Assembly: GCA_950097015.1 (NCBI GenBank)
Contig: CATNEN010000003.1
Span: forward strand, 12,276,001 to 12,340,000
Direction: 5' to 3'
Origin: Macrostomum hystrix
Taxonomy: Eukaryota; Animalia; Platyhelminthes
DNA: 64,000 nucleotides
Numbering within the stretch: the first letter of the stretch is position 1; the number at the start of each line of letters is the position of its first letter. Shown here piece by piece: positions 63,416 through 64,000 of this stretch. A program made the translations under genes and the position numbers. The notes under the pieces are model-generated. The model saw nothing but the letters and a program-made list of their open reading frames with translations, was not told the DNA's origin and ran no database searches.

Positions 63416-64000
63416 AATAAGTAGCTTGCGCGCATTTTAACTGATTTATTTGCATAGCAGAATTAGTGCTTCACTTGTTTTGTAAATAGTTTAGTTTTAT
63501 TTAGTTAAAATGTATTCACAATCATTACTGGTCTTATAGTGACAGAAGAGCTTAAATACATTTAGTCATGTGATTTTATTAAGCACACTTTCATTAGTGA
63601 TTGACATGTTAAAATCAAAGAAACTATTTCTTTTCGCCTTTGTTTTCGTGAATCAAAATCGGTCAATAATGGATAAACTTTTTTCCGCCCTTTTACGATG
63701 AACCAACTTTCAAAGCCGTCGAGATATTCAGCCATGAATATTGTCGAAAACCCGGGTGAAAAGGACAAATAAGATTGCTCTTTAAAAACTTCTAATGCGA
63801 ATCTTTAATCTATGAACTTGCTGACGATGCCGAAATTTTGTAACTCTGGACATTGTTTCACCGGATAGAGCGAAAGATTTTAGCACGTTTTCTGGATTTT
63901 CATTGTTATTGGTTGAATAGTTAGTGAGAAAAAATTAATTATAAATGTGGGTATTTGATACACCTCAGTTGTGCTTCCACTGTTTAGGGACTGATAAAAA

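Noticed and set aside
63520-63555. GGTCTTATAGTGACAGAAGAGC as an eighth SNORD46 copy
   Set aside because: Guide is mismatched, with no CTGA and no C box at the right distance.
63818-63850. Possible minimal hammerhead ribozyme CTGACGA-TGCC-GAAA
   Set aside because: Stem II does not pair and the UH cleavage site after stem III is missing.

Overview
AT-rich, intron-containing eukaryotic DNA, animal-like and probably invertebrate (inference). From left to right it holds: a Ty3/Gypsy LTR retrotransposon with a truncated gag, an intact pol and a -1 frameshift signal; a WIPI3/WDR45B-like gene (+); a DUF1647-like gene (-); EIF2B5 (-); a fibrinogen-domain gene (+); a small transmembrane gene (+); a large PRRC2/BAT2-like gene (-); and a PDZ gene (+). 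SINEs, LINE fragments, MITEs and about 13 distinct minisatellites are interspersed, and most of the minisatellites fill introns. The main signal the ORF track misses is at least 15 box C/D snoRNA-like genes in four locally amplified families. Seven are SNORD46/snR63-like copies on + from 9.0 to 15.8 kb, running antisense through the DUF1647 gene. Eight lie in PRRC2 introns, several per intron: 2 SNORD110-like, 2 with a guide to the 28S GTPase-centre GCCAUGGAAG, and 4 of an orphan family with an atypical ATGA D box. All exon boundaries and family names were assigned by eye and from recalled family knowledge, not from database searches.
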